Positions 41,471 to 54,300 of a stretch of DNA of 64,000 nt are shown here, in pieces. The position numbers and the translations under genes were made by a program. The stretch is from Bigelowiella natans CCMP2755 (Eukaryota; Protista; Cercozoa). Under the pieces are notes generated by a model. It did no database searches and had not been told where the DNA came from. It was given only the letters and a program-made list of their open reading frames with translations. The stretch is taken from assembly GCA_000320545.1 (NCBI GenBank), contig ADNK01000503.1:1-64000 (forward strand), given 5' to 3'. How positions within the stretch are numbered: position 1 is the stretch's first letter; each line of letters opens with the position of its first letter.

Positions 41471-42699
41471 AGAGAGAGAGAGAGCGAGAGCGAGAGAGGC
41501 ATTGTTGGGAACAACATCAATTTCCCGCACACAGAGGAAATGTTGATTAACGTGCAAATGCATAAAATCAACATTTACTACTACGAGCACTGTCTTTTAT
41601 CACATCATCATCCACCATCATCATTCATCATCATCGTCTTGCGTTGCATTTAAAATCCAAGGAACTAAAGCGAAAACGACTTGAGAAAGAAGAGAAGAAA
41701 GAGAGACGCGCCCCAGGACGTAGCAGGTAATCTTTCTCCCCCCCTCCTCCTACTCATTATCACCTTCATCATTATCATTGTAATTCACCATCATCATCAC
41801 ATCGTCGTAGGTATGGAGTTGCAAATCCGATCGTTCGGTATCACGGCCCTTGTCCACCGACGTACCAACCTGAAGATATGGTACTACTACTAGTACTAGC
41901 AGTAGAAATAGTACTTGTGGCTTTCTAATCGTGCTTCAATAAGAAGAAGGGGATGAGGAGGAGGAGGAGGAGGAGGAGGAGAGGGGACAACGAGGACAAT
42001 ATGAAGGGGAAACATGTAGACGGGGAGGAGGTAGCAGGAGTGTTTCTCGGAGAGGAATCCCCTCCTCCTCCTCCTTAGTTAATGAACAATCATATGTACC
42101 TCCATCACCATCAGCCAGTTCTGTTGTTTTACCTCTACTATCGATAATACGGATTATCATCATCATCATCATCATCATTGTGCTCTTTATCATCTCATAT
42201 AATCATAACATCAGGAGGACCCTGATCCAGCTGATGAGACGGACGAAGACGACGACGAGGATGATGATGACGATGGTGCTGCTGACGACGATGATGACGA
42301 ACAGCATGACAATCACGAAGGTAGTAGTAGTACTTGTGGTAGCACCAGCAGCAGCAGCAGTAGCAGCAGCAGCAGCAGTAGCAGTAGAGCAACAGTGGAT
42401 CTTGTTCGCTCCTGCGTCGTCCTAGTATGTATCTCTTTATGTGTGTGTGTGTGTGTGTGTGTGCAAGCGCGCGCGCTTGCACACCGTCTATGCTGTTCGC
42501 GAGTTGGAATTGAGTAATGACTTGCAACAGTAGAGGTAGATCACAAAAGAGGTGTTTAATATTGTATGCTGCATCACACGACTCAGAGAACGCTCCGGAA
42601 AATCCCGATAAGGACGCGAAAAGTACTGAGAACGCTGATAACGGTATGGAAGTTGAGGAAGATGGCGATGGAAAAGGTGGCAACGCCAATGGGAAATAA
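30643..42699 (+). CDS. DDT/WHIM-domain chromatin protein (BAZ/ACF1/RLT-like ISWI partner)
   Basis: WHIM1-like AYTLPFQSKIRLLALLID. WHIM2/3 (WSD)-like PLRATTLMGKDRWLRRYYVF...WGAYETKEQFDRLL...LSPCGMRESHL. Later LKALLMDVEATIP, WLRPW, LAALLYAFDRAI. Last exon ends NANGK* at 42699. The true start may lie further upstream (in-frame VLITVAD precedes the ATG). Confidence 0.72.
36344..36409 (+). ncRNA. Putative intronic single-hairpin H/ACA-like (AGA-box) RNA, copy 1
   Basis: Lower stem CCTCTGG/CCAGAGG, pocket AAACCA/CAAATA, upper stem CCTGGT/ACTGGG. AGA lies 14 nt after the pocket top. Inside intron 36288-36932, sense strand. Confidence 0.6.
36501..36565 (+). ncRNA. Putative intronic single-hairpin H/ACA-like (AGA-box) RNA, copy 2
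   Basis: CCGCTGG/CCAGCGG (compensatory change versus copy 1), identical pocket, CCTGGT/ATCGGG, then G-AGA-TTC. Confidence 0.6.
36726..36797 (+). ncRNA. Putative intronic single-hairpin H/ACA-like (AGA-box) RNA, copy 3
   Basis: Same stems and pocket as copy 2. Longer apical loop closed by ACG/CGT, then G-AGA-TTT. Confidence 0.6.
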
Positions 42700-43427
42700 T
42701 AATAATAACAACAGAAATAATAATGACTAAGCTAGCTGCTTTAGAATTATCAGCATTATATCAGCAACAGAGCAACCAATGTTGGACACTGAAAGTACAA
42801 AGAACAACATTCGCAGCCTAACATCAATGTGGGCGTGATACTGCACTCTATTTTTCATCAAACAAAGTAATCAATATTTTTGTGATCGGTGCTTTGGTAC
42901 AAATTGTATGCATTCGCCGCTTGCTAGCTTGGCAGTGTGTGGCTGCAATGCATTCATATGTAAGCTAAGATAATAGAGAAGTTATAAGTGTTCTAAACTG
43001 GGCAGCGATATGACTATGTGTAGGTGTTTGCTCGTCGTCAGAAAAGTGCAAAGCACAAAATGAACGCATGCATGCATATACGACCACATGGCCTTGATAT
43101 ATTTTACCCGTCTAGATGTGGCTGATCGAATTCGGAATGCGCAACGCAGCTTACAACTAGCTCACTAGCTCATTGCAAATCGATCGAACAACGTGCCGGC
43201 TTGCGAGGCTACATCGCCTAGATCTAGAGCTACACATCTCTATAACTAGATGCAACGCGTGAGAAAAACTACGGCAAAGTGCAAGTGACGTACACTTGCA
43301 TTTGTGAGGAGTGAGTACGTAGAGCCAACGTCAGGCATTTGAAGTTACTGTCAGGGCTGTGTTACTGCACCAATGAAACAAATCTAGAACACCCACAAGC
43401 ACATCTAGACATATGTACAAAAAAAAA

Positions 43428-43612
43428 ACATCCGTCTCACATCTAGACATACATCTAGAAACAACAGAAACAAACAGATACAACATGAGCGGTGTAGCCG
43501 CTGCTTTGCATAGCTACATTAGGATGACTATTGAAAAATTTTAATCGTTTCATTACATCCGTCTCATGCATCTAGAATGACTAACTCATTCATTCTCTTA
43601 TATCCGTCTCAA
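43428..43612 (+). repeat. Spacer repeat (core 43513-43567) plus partial ATCCGTCTCA copies near 43428 and 43602
   Basis: GTAGCCGCTGCTTTGCATAGCTACATTAGGATGACTATTGAAAAATTTTAATCGTTTCATTACATCCGTCTCAT. Confidence 0.8.
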
Positions 43613-43690
43613 CAATAGTTCCACACATCTACATTCATGTGCATATATCACATGTAATCTATCGTCGAATAGGGTGCCATCCGGTTGTTT

Positions 43691-44460
43691 TCTAATTTTT
43701 GACATTTTTGTACAGCTGGAAGTAAAGTTCATCCATCGAGATTTATTATTGTTTTACCACAGTATTTGCGGATTAAGCTCGGAGGCCACATCTTCTAAAA
43801 CACGTGTTTTTTCGTATGGGGGCCTGATTTTTATGAAAAGATTCATTATCTCTAGATACTTGGAGGTATATATTAATTACAGAGAAATATTTATAATTTT
43901 CCTCCTCACTATACCTGCCTCTTCTCCTTTTCTGCCACATTATAACTTCTTGCGTCACGAGTGATTTCCGCTCAATTTCGACCTATGCCGACGTAGAAAG
44001 ACACAGAGCCCCAACAAATCCATGATTCAGCACAACACGAAGATGAAACCATCTTGATCATATGCTCAATTTCACTAATTTTACGTAATTGTATGACGAC
44101 CTCTATATCCTTGTCGGGTTTGTAATGCCGACTCTGATAACAAAGGGAAATAAGTACAGATGTGTACACAGAAAGAGAGAGGGAGGGGGGAGGGGGGAGG
44201 GGGGAGGGGAGGGAGAGGGAGAGGGAGACGGAGACGGAGACGTATACATAATATATCAAACTATGGTGTGCAGTCAATCATTACGACATAATTGGAAAGT
44301 GGATTTCTTGGAACAACCTCTTCACCAGACTCAGAGTTTACTTCATCAGCCTTAAGTGATTGATAAATCATGAGAGAGGAAGAGAGAGAGGGGGGGAGGG
44401 GGGGGAGAAGGTTCGACGTGTAGGTTACGCTACAGGTGGTTATCTGATATACACATATTA

Positions 44461-44501
<41 letters not shown>

Positions 44502-44991
44502 GGTAATAAGATTCATTTACTATCTACCCCCTCCACTCTATCCGAGTCGTGGCCTTGATCTTGCTCTTGCTCTTGGTCAGAACTATTATTAATTGTGAGG
44601 CAAATAAAAGTATTTTCGCTTTAGATACTCATTCCCCCCCCCCCCGCTAACTCTATCAACCCCTTAAACCACCACCATCACCACCACCATCAGTAGCAGC
44701 AGCACACATTCTCTACTCTTAATAGATTATTACGTTATCTCGGGTGGCAAGATGGGCTCAGGTATTTTCCCCGCATTCAAACAGCTTGAGTTCTGTAAAT
44801 ATGAATGACGACATGGAATGTGAATCAAGAATCGATCTCATAGAATGCAGGGAGAGGAAGCACATGATGATGCAGCACACCTTGCCAAAGTGCCGGTAGT
44901 AGTGCATTTTGAGAACGAAGGTCCGGTTACACTGCAGCAATGGAAAAGCAAATCTCATTATCATCATCCTCCCACATAATCATTCCTCAAG

Positions 44992-45029
<38 letters not shown>

Positions 45030-45404
45030 GTGTGTGTGTGTGTGTGTAAATCTTGCATGTCACATGTATCGTCTTCACTCTTCTTCTTCTTCTTCTTCTT
45101 CTTCTTCCTCCTCCTTCTCTGGCACTTATTATGTTGTTGTTGTCGTTGTTCGGTTGTTGTTCTTAATGCTTACAGCAGGGCAGAAGAAGGGGTCGCTTTT
45201 GTTCAAGTGCCTCCGCATATGGTTTTGAAGGTGGTGAAGCTGAAAAGACATTAACAAAATCAGTACAGTGATGATGAGAAGAAGGAGGAGGAGGAGGTGT
45301 TGTGGGTGAACCAATTATGGGGATAAGGGAATAAATGAAAAATTAAAATCAATATTGCTCTTTCTTTTCTATCCTCTCGTAACACGTCTTCTTCCGCTAT
45401 TTCT

Positions 45405-45446
<42 letters not shown>

Positions 45447-46107
45447 CCATAGAGTAGTTTCGGTTGCAGATACTACAGGCGTACACTCCTCGCCTCCTAC
45501 CAAGCATATGTGACGACGGTTATGATAGAGAGATAGTCGGTGATTGACGGAAAAGGAGATAAGAAGATAATAATATCATTAAAGACGTCTGATCTAGTCT
45601 CTAATGAATAGAGCAGCACGTTACTTTCACTACCACTACTGCTTCTTACTACTGCTACTCCTACAACTAGGTCTTCTCTAGTTGATTCGATTATATTAGT
45701 GGTGTGTTTCGGTGGTGGTTTTGTAACTTTTTCTCAAAGATATTGAGATGACGACTGAGGTGATGCCGACGGGCGAATTTGACTCCGCATTTGTCACATT
45801 TGTAGACCTGGAAGAAGAAGAAGAAGAAGAAGAAGAGGAAGAGGAAGAAGAAGGGGGAGGGGGGAGAAACATGCAATCTTATGAACAGCACACCGCTCAG
45901 CACCATCTTTTATAAATATGAATTGTTCATGGTGGGATGAGTTAAAATAGCACTGAGCGTACAAGAAGCTCAAAATCTAGACACGCATGAAGGTAGATAT
46001 ACGCACACTAGTAGAATGTGTGCCGAGGTGCTTTTCTAGCTGTGTTGCCTGTCCGAAAAACTGATAATAATACACACAAGTTGAACGGAGAATCAGACGG
46101 GCATTTC

Positions 46108-46165
<58 letters not shown>

Positions 46166-46750
46166 GCGTCTAAAAGAAAAATTGAAAAGAAGAAGAGAAG
46201 TGAAGGAAAGAAGAGAGAGAAGAACGGGGTAGTAAGCTAAAGTAGTAACACTAAGATCGATCATCACCGAGATTAAACACGTGTAATAATACCACCTTAT
46301 TGCACTTCGGGCATGGAAAGATTCGTAGCTGATAATGCCGCACTCGCAGGTGCGTTTGCATGTTGGACTTCTGAAAGCATAACAACACGAAGAAGAACAC
46401 GCTTAGAGACGTTTTAAATCCCATCGTCTTCGTCCTCATCATGAGCAATATTGGGTATGGTGTGCTTCTAATATGCGGTGGATTGTAAGATAGATATCGA
46501 TCTCGCACTCGTTACCAGCCAAAAGGCAAACAGCAAAAAGCAGACCGCATGGAAACACCAGTATGCTTTATCATGATACTAACACGATATATTATCATCC
46601 TCCTCCTCCTCATCATCAATGTACCAAACCTGGAAGAAAGTTTTTCCACAGAGAGTACAATTGTATGGTGGGAGGCCTTTGTGCTTGTGGACATGAGCGA
46701 CCATGGAAACCTTCAGTTGTGGATCATGAGCGCCAATATACCATATATAC

Positions 46751-46782
<32 letters not shown>

Positions 46783-47411
46783 CTAATATATATATTACGA
46801 CATATATTATTAACACTCGCCGATAGAAGGGATAGGCATCGAAAGATCATCATCAGCATCATTAACCTCATAAAAATTACTACGGACTGCTAGCACATCA
46901 TCTTCATCATCATCATCTACACATCGAAGACAATAACCTTGTGGTGAAAGCTGAGGCCACATATATGGCACTGAAATGGCTTGTATCTAATTGATTCACG
47001 GGCAGAATATCGATCAGAGAACACAACTGACGAGTCGCAATAAAGCAGGTGTATGGTGCTTGGAGGGGGGACGGGTGAAAGTCAGTGAACCAAAAATTGA
47101 GAGCAAAAAAACAAGAACAATCGCCTTTCGATAGGAGACATGTGCGAAGTTTTATTTCCGGTTCCACCTCTCATCCAATGTAGACTCAAATATATAAAAA
47201 TCATGTTTTGATTCAATATCTTGCAGTAGTCACATGTCTAACATTGGTCAACTACCCGTCATGCCGCCGTTTGTGTGTACGCAAATGCCCATTTTGGGTG
47301 AAATTGCGATTGCACACCTTGCATCTGGAAGAGGAGGTGGAGAAGGAGGAGGAAAATCAAAAGTCAATCGAATGCATCACAATGGTGTGTGTTTAATATC
47401 TACATTAAATT

Positions 47412-47458
<47 letters not shown>

Positions 47459-48780
47459 TTCTTCCCCTCACTCTGTTGTTTCACAGACAGACCTACCTGA
47501 AAGGTTTTATGCCCTGGTGAATTCGCATGTGGGCATTCTGACATACAGTCAATATCCATCCATGAATACATCATCACTTTCATACTTCACTCAAAGCAAA
47601 TTTGAGGAAACTGAGTGAAACGGTTGTCAATAGCACAGGGTACTACATTAGATATTTACCAAGTTGTCTATCTGATGAAACGACTTGTTGCAGAGTCGGC
47701 ACACATGTGGCCTATCAGCTGCATGAGTTCGGATGTGTCTGAAGTATAATTGTTTTCAATGCGGTCAATGGAAGACAACAGCAGAAGTTAATACAAGGAG
47801 TGAAGGTTTCAGTTATTCTTGTTAATTATTATCGAAACATCTACTGCAATGTCTTCTTCTGGGCTGTCGCAGATGTTTATGCGAAGGTACCTCCACATTC
47901 CTAAAATAGCGAACTTGGGATCGAAACTCTGGCAGTGCGAAAAATAACAAAACACTTAGGTTAGAGATGATATCCTCGCATCACGTATCTGGATCGTGCA
48001 TGCCACCGCTTCACCCTATCAACGCTCACTAAGTCTTTTTGTATCTCTTATCTGACCCTGTTGCAAATTGTGCACGTGTTATTCCTATCAAGAGAAAGGC
48101 TGTAGATCTCCCTCAAGTGCTGCTCCAAGTTTTGACTGGTATATGCTATGCGCCTTCCAGTTTGATTGTTGCTGCTTTGGCCATCTTCATTGCCCTCAGA
48201 ATCTACCAGCTGCCGTTGCAGAGGGGACATCGAAGTCATCTTAGCAGAGATTTCTATCTGACCACGTGAGACGGATGGAGGCTGGCGGTTAGCCTTCCCC
48301 AAGGCGATCTTGCGGCCGTTACGTGCACTTCTCAACCAAGGAGTAGTCGTCATCATATCGTAACCAGTACTGCGTGTGATCAAAAGTAACAGGATGCTGC
48401 TGGCAACAACTACCCGTCGCAGCCATCTTGTCTGCTATAAAGGAAGTGGGCATTATGTCTAGGATAAGCATGTTGTTATTTCATAAAGATAATGTTGGAA
48501 TCCATGACAATAATATCGAATGCTTGCTACTACCTCTGCTGGTCGTTGGCGATTATCTTCTTCGCGCTGATCCTGGTAGTTGGATCCCATCAATGTATAC
48601 TTTCAAATATAACCAAAGCCTCGAGTCCAATGGATCCCATAGTTATTTGCATCTCTGACTGCAAATTATCTCGTTGTCTCACTCACCTGTTTGAAACACG
48701 AATGGATTGAGACGTAGATATACGACCTTCTCCACAGGGGCGTCGCTTGAGACATGGTTGTCACCCATGGACAAACACAT
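43691..48780 (-). CDS. Multi-finger C2H2 zinc-finger protein
   Basis: Spliced fingers: RCKVCNRNFTQNGHLRTHKRRH, YKPFQCHICGLSFHHK/VSMVAHVHKH, PYNCTLCGKTFFQ/KSNMQTHLRVRH, FPCPKCNK/FFGQATQLEKHLGTH, YKCDKCGVKFARRH, LQNHMRRH..FFCP/CNRTFVLKMHYYRH. Termini approximate. Confidence 0.82.
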
Positions 48781-49207
48781 AAGCCAAATCGAAATACCGT
48801 TCGAGTTTGCGATCAATATTCGCACTATTCCGATCATATAGGAAATCTAAGTGTGGATACAAAAGAAAGTGCACCTGCCACATGTCAGCGCGTGGACCGC
48901 CATTCCGGCGAGAGCCGTTGTCGTCGTTCTGGGTTTCAGTTCTCGCGTTTAGCCTTGTCGCAGATACTGAATTTGAATGCCTTTACGAAAAACGGCAAAC
49001 GAACAACAATTGGTTGTCGTATTAACCCAAATGGACGTTATTTCCTTAAGATTATACCCCCAAAAAAGTACATAATGGCAGATTTGCTTCAAAACCCGAT
49101 GACGACGATGATGATGATGATGATGAGGATGGCGAGGACGGAACCTTAGACGAAGTAAGGAGAGAAGTATTTAGAACGATTTTAAACTTTGGAACGCAGC
49201 TCTACAG

Positions 49208-50981
49208 ATGAGGGAAGTTGTTACTATTTGTATTGGCCAAGCTGGCGGACAGGTTCGTGTGACTGCGTGTGTGGTAAACAGCTTTCAATGGCACATCCCC
49301 ACTTACTACTACTCTTTGTAGGTAGGGAAATCTTTCTGGGAGCTAGCTTGTCTCGAACATGGTGTTCAAAATGATGGAACACTGTTGGACGAAAAGTGTG
49401 CGGGTAGTATCGGGACATTGTATTCTGAGAGCAAGGAGGAGACTTGGGAGCCCCGGACCCTGTTTGTTGACCTTGACCCTGAGCCAATCGAAGCACTTCA
49501 AAAGTCAGCAGCCTCAATTCTAAATCCAGCCTCTCTCATCTCTGGGAAGAAGAGTGCAGGACACATTTTCTCAAGAGGCAGGTCTGAGAGTGTAAGGAAG
49601 GAGGTTCTCAACGTTGCACTTGACAGGATCAGGGCTCTGGTTGACCAATGCGAATGCCTGCAGGTTACCTAAGAGATAGCATGTTGTAAGTAATGATAAG
49701 TAATGAATGACAGAAATACTTCCAACCTTCTTTGTACGATCCATTGATGAAATCATTTGCACAGTCTTTCATAATTCTCAATTCGCTGGGAGGCGGGACA
49801 GGATCAGGTTTCGGATCCTTGTTGCTAGAAAGTCTGTCCAAAAATTATCGTAAACCAAAGACCGGGTTTCATATCTTTCCATCATGTGCTGAAAGCAGCA
49901 GCAACTTCTGCTCATCATCTCCCGAATTCTCCTCCTCCACTCTGGAATCGTACAACGCAATGTTGCACGCACATACCCTAACGGATCACACAGACACGTC
50001 AGTAGTCCTGGGCAATACTGCAATCTATGATATTTGTCGCAGTTCACTTGGTGTTACCCGGCCCGGTTATGGCAACTTTAATGAAATTATCGGCCAATTA
50101 ATTTCTGCCAGCACCCTTGGATCACGTTTCGATTCAGCCCTCTCTGTACAATCCTCCTATTTCCTCACTGCAGATGTGAGTCAGTAACGAACGATTATTG
50201 GTGGTTAGGTGGATATATCCGAGACCCAAACTGGCTTAGTACCCTATCCACGACTACACTTCTATCTTACTTCCTTTGCTCCAATCACCACAGATGTTGC
50301 ACTGCCTAAAGCAAAATTAAATGCTAAGGTTCTTAAATAAACCGTCAAAACAAAACCCTGAAATAATTTTGGTCAATCATTTCCATTCATCATGAAATTT
50401 AGGTCGGCGAATCAATATGTGATATTCCAACAAGAGTTTGCCAACTCGTCTCCGATTACGCTTTATATGAGGAGCCATCTGTACTCGATATTACAAAGGC
50501 AGCTTTTGAGGCAGGAGCGTCGCTGGTTAAATGTGATCCCAAGAATGGAATGTACATGTCGTGCTTCCTCATGTATCGTGGGGAAGTATCATCGAAAGAC
50601 GTAAATGAAGCTATCAAGCTGCAAAAAGTACGGGATGACATAAAGTTTGTTGACTGGTGCCCAACTGGCATGAAATGCGGGATAGCAGGCACACCAATGG
50701 TCGTAACATCTGATGGTACCATGGTGAAGACAAAGAAATCCGTCATGTCGTTAGTGAGTAGCACCGCTGTAAGGCACGTCTTTAGACGTCTTGCAGAGAT
50801 GTTCGATGTGATATTTAAGAAAAAGGCTTTCCTTCATTCATATTTGGCTGGCGATATTATGGAGGAAAATGAATTTATCGAGGCTCGAGAAAATATCGAA
50901 GATTTGATCCGCGATTACGAGGATTGCGAGCTAGATGATGATGCAGATGAAGATGAGGGAGGATTCTCTGATGATGGGTGA
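49208..50981 (+). CDS. Divergent alpha-tubulin paralogue
   Basis: [86 protein letters not shown], acidic tail. At least four introns. Confidence 0.92.
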
Positions 50982-52129
50982 CATCGCAATTTGATGTCTA
51001 CTTTAGGAGTGTCAATTATAAAAATTTCCCAGGCTACGCTGCATAGATCATCAAATCAACAAAAGTGTATTACCTGCAAAATTCTTGAAGGTTGTTTTCA
51101 TAGAATTAGGTTGCCTCATAGCATACCACTGGAAATGAGTGCAGAATGATTACTAATAACATATGCACACGTACATGCTGTCACGCGATACATAGCCGTA
51201 CGATACGTGCACATATGCATTTGTGCTAGCTAGCTAGTACAGACAGAGCAGTCACGACATCACTACGCACACACACATGCAAAGTATGAAGTCACAGCTC
51301 ACTGCGCATGTCTCTATATGATGTAGCTATCTAGCTATATAGCTACGCGTGTCGACGACTTCGTCTATACGTCGCGCATGATCTGGCATGTGATGATGTA
51401 TCGTATTCTATATCATAGCTACTACATCGTAGTATCGTACGCACACCGCGCTAGCGCGGCGACCGTCTGCACATCTAGACATGCGACATAGCACAGCTGA
51501 ACAGGACTATGCGCAACGTAACAGCCACATTCAATATGTATATCATTACACAGCTAGAGAGCTAGACAGTCTAGCAGTGACGCTCTCGTTAGCTCGCTTG
51601 CGTCAATATCTCTAGATCTAGCTATTACGCATGCTAGAACATATAACATTAGCTTTTATATATAGTTCAGACGATGCATGTCTACAAAGTCTACGTGATA
51701 AAGCGATCTCTGCGCATCGCATGCGGCGCGCGCGTCTCTAGGTCTGCTAGTCTAACCAGCAGGTTTGACACGTTAGCAATGTGTCAATGCTAGAATGGGT
51801 CAATTCGAGAATTGTAGCTATATATTATCCCCTATACATGACTTTTATAGCTAGCATGCACATATATGGGTTGGAGCGCACACACACAGTCATATGGCTG
51901 CCAGGTATTATATCAGCCAAACTTGTCTGGTGAGATCAGAAAATGCATGCTAGAGGATTTATTAATAGGATCTCCTCAAGCCTAGCTGTCTGTCTGAGAA
52001 TAACGTCCTTCCTATCTCTAGTTTTACAGCATACTTTACGCCTTGGTACTCGAATCAAGAGTAAGCGATAAACTCTATGACGACGATAATACATTGATTA
52101 TTCATGATGACGCCTGCAATTCGACCCCT

Positions 52130-53799
52130 TTAGTCCATAATCTTCTGTTGGATATATACTGTGGCTTGTCCCCTGACAAATATAGCAATATGAACTACCG
52201 AACTTAGAGTGGTAACCTATTAACAGTACTAACCAGCTCATATTGTGCCTTTCGCTCTCTAAGACCTTCCAAGCTGTGGAGGGGAGTTCTTTTGTAAATG
52301 TGATGAAGAATGAGCCTTTCTTCATTTTTTGAGCAGCCTGTGCTAACTGTATGGAATAACGAACACATAGAAATCATCAACATATAAAAATTGATTGCGT
52401 TACATTAAGTACCTGTTGCATCAATTTAGAATCAAAACATGTAGAGTTTGCAAAGCAGAGGTCTGCGTCTGAAAAATCGTAGGCAATTGCGTCTCCGCAG
52501 ATAAACTTAATATCTGTTTTCTGCTTTGCTTCAGATAGTTGAGGGCGAATGGCCTGAAAATCAACAGTCATGCAGATATCACTACCTACACACTACCAGG
52601 AATCAAGAAAAGATAAGCACAGTTGTGAGTGTCTTTCTCGTCCTACCTTGTTCCATCTCTCCAATAAAGAGACAGAGATTTTGTGGAGACCTTAGAGGTG
52701 ACGAGGGAAGATTTCAATTTTGATGCTGCTGATGCTTCTCAAAATAAACCATCCAGAATATTTAAATTTATTCATGCTGACAATACTCCTAATGCTCTCA
52801 TTTACCCTCGAGAATCTCGACTCCGTAAGCTTTGTCGAAATCATGGAGGAGCGCAGCTGCAAAAGTAGGTTTTCCAGTTCCTTCATGAAAAAAAGGGGAG
52901 ATTAATAAATTGCGGGAAATTCCGGGTAATGAAGTGGACTGGGTTATGTTCAGACCTGATCCAATGTCATAGTAGATTCCACCAGGTTGTTGAAGTCCTC
53001 CGTACCACTTCTTTATCTTCTCTATGGTCACTGCATAGGGGTCGAATCGTATTTCCCCATATACTAACGTTGATGCACTCATTTCCTTTTCGTCACGTTC
53101 CTTCGAAGAAGCCTTTTTACCCATAGACACTGTGATACAATGCACACAAATATGACAAAAGAGTCTTATTATGCGACAGTTCGCTGCATTTTTACTGTAA
53201 TGCAGCCTTGTGAGAAATAGCTCTTTCGAAGTTTAGTTACATTTATGGAATACCTGGAGTCTCCAACACAAGCTCATCCCAAATCTTCATCTGTGTCGCA
53301 ACTGTTACATCATTTGTCTCACAAAAGAGTATTCATTTCGTGCAGGGGAAAAAGAGTTCTTACTGTATTTTTGGTCTAAAGGCTTGCGACCCTCCAGTTT
53401 TACATTCATCATCTTTACTTCTAGGTCCTTCACAACACTGCGAAATATCCCATTTTTTATCACAAGATCAAAAACAACTTTGAAAGCACAAGAAACCTCA
53501 TGGTTTTGTAGCAGATGAGCCTCTTGAAGGATTTCTGATATGTAGACCGTGACTAGGTATTTACAATTTTAAATAGGAACCAGACTCCGACCGCACAGTC
53601 TTCTATGTGTAGATAGGGGTCGCTGGATGGGGAGAGCGGTGCCGCGATGTTTCCTTCCCTGAGGGCTGTTGTCTCCTTTTGCTTTGCTTGTTTTATGGTG
53701 TGAGAGGATTACTTTTTTGGAAAGTTTTACAAAGTAGTCCTTTGTTTGCGATCTACGACAATGGATCTTTGAAGTCGTATCATCTTGAATAGCCGCCAT
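52130..53799 (-). CDS. DOT1-like class I SAM methyltransferase
   Basis: STLVYGEI, YYDIGSG/TGKPTFAAALL..AYGVEILE, FICGD...LCFANSTCFD, MKKGSFFITFTK, MSW/GQATVYIQQK*. Confidence 0.8.
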
Positions 53800-54117
53800 G
53801 TTCCGTATGAGTGGATTCGTGACTTGAAAGCTTGCAGTCCAATATTCGTCTCCTCGAAAGTGTTTGCATGTGAGAATTAAAGAAGTAATTCAATGTACGA
53901 CAAAGAATTCTTCCCATAATGTGACATAATCGTGCTGGCTGCATCAACTGAACACACCGAGAAACCTCGTGGAGATCAGACAGCCATTCCAATTTCTATC
54001 TACGACACGATATTGCAGCAAGTATTGTGATCAAATGGCTTCTATATTTGTTCGGATATCGAGCCAATTTGGTCGTCGGCTCGGTCGGTTAGAGATGGGT
54101 GCTGGCTCCGCCTGATT

Positions 54118-54300
54118 GTGCTGGATCGAGACCCTCCTCACGGAGTTTGTGCGTGGCCGATAGAAGATAGGCTCGACATGTTCGAAGCGCAGATTACCGG
54201 ACCACAAGATAGCCCCTATGCAAAAGGAACGTTCAAGCTGAGACTTGAGGTTCCAGATCGATATCCATTCGAGCGGCCAAAGCTAAAATCCGTCACTCCA
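54118..54300 (+). pseudogene. Truncated E2 ubiquitin-conjugating enzyme fragment (UBE2T-like), continuing as an unrelated ORF to 54813
   Basis: DPPHGVCAWP...FEAQITGPQDSPYAKGTFKLRLEVPDRYPFERPKLKSVTP, then homology is lost exactly before the HPN motif and catalytic Cys. No in-frame ATG between the stop at 54028 and the fragment. Confidence 0.7.

Larger units (their letters stand above)
32840..42480. repeat. Intronic microsatellite-rich region: (CAT)n, (GTA)n, (CA)n, (TA)n, (GA)n, (CCT)n
   Basis: Dozens of di- and trinucleotide tracts in the introns of the DDT gene. Similar tracts at 130-3960, 14400-20000, 22000-23400, 44170-47450 and 62830-63770. Confidence 0.95.
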
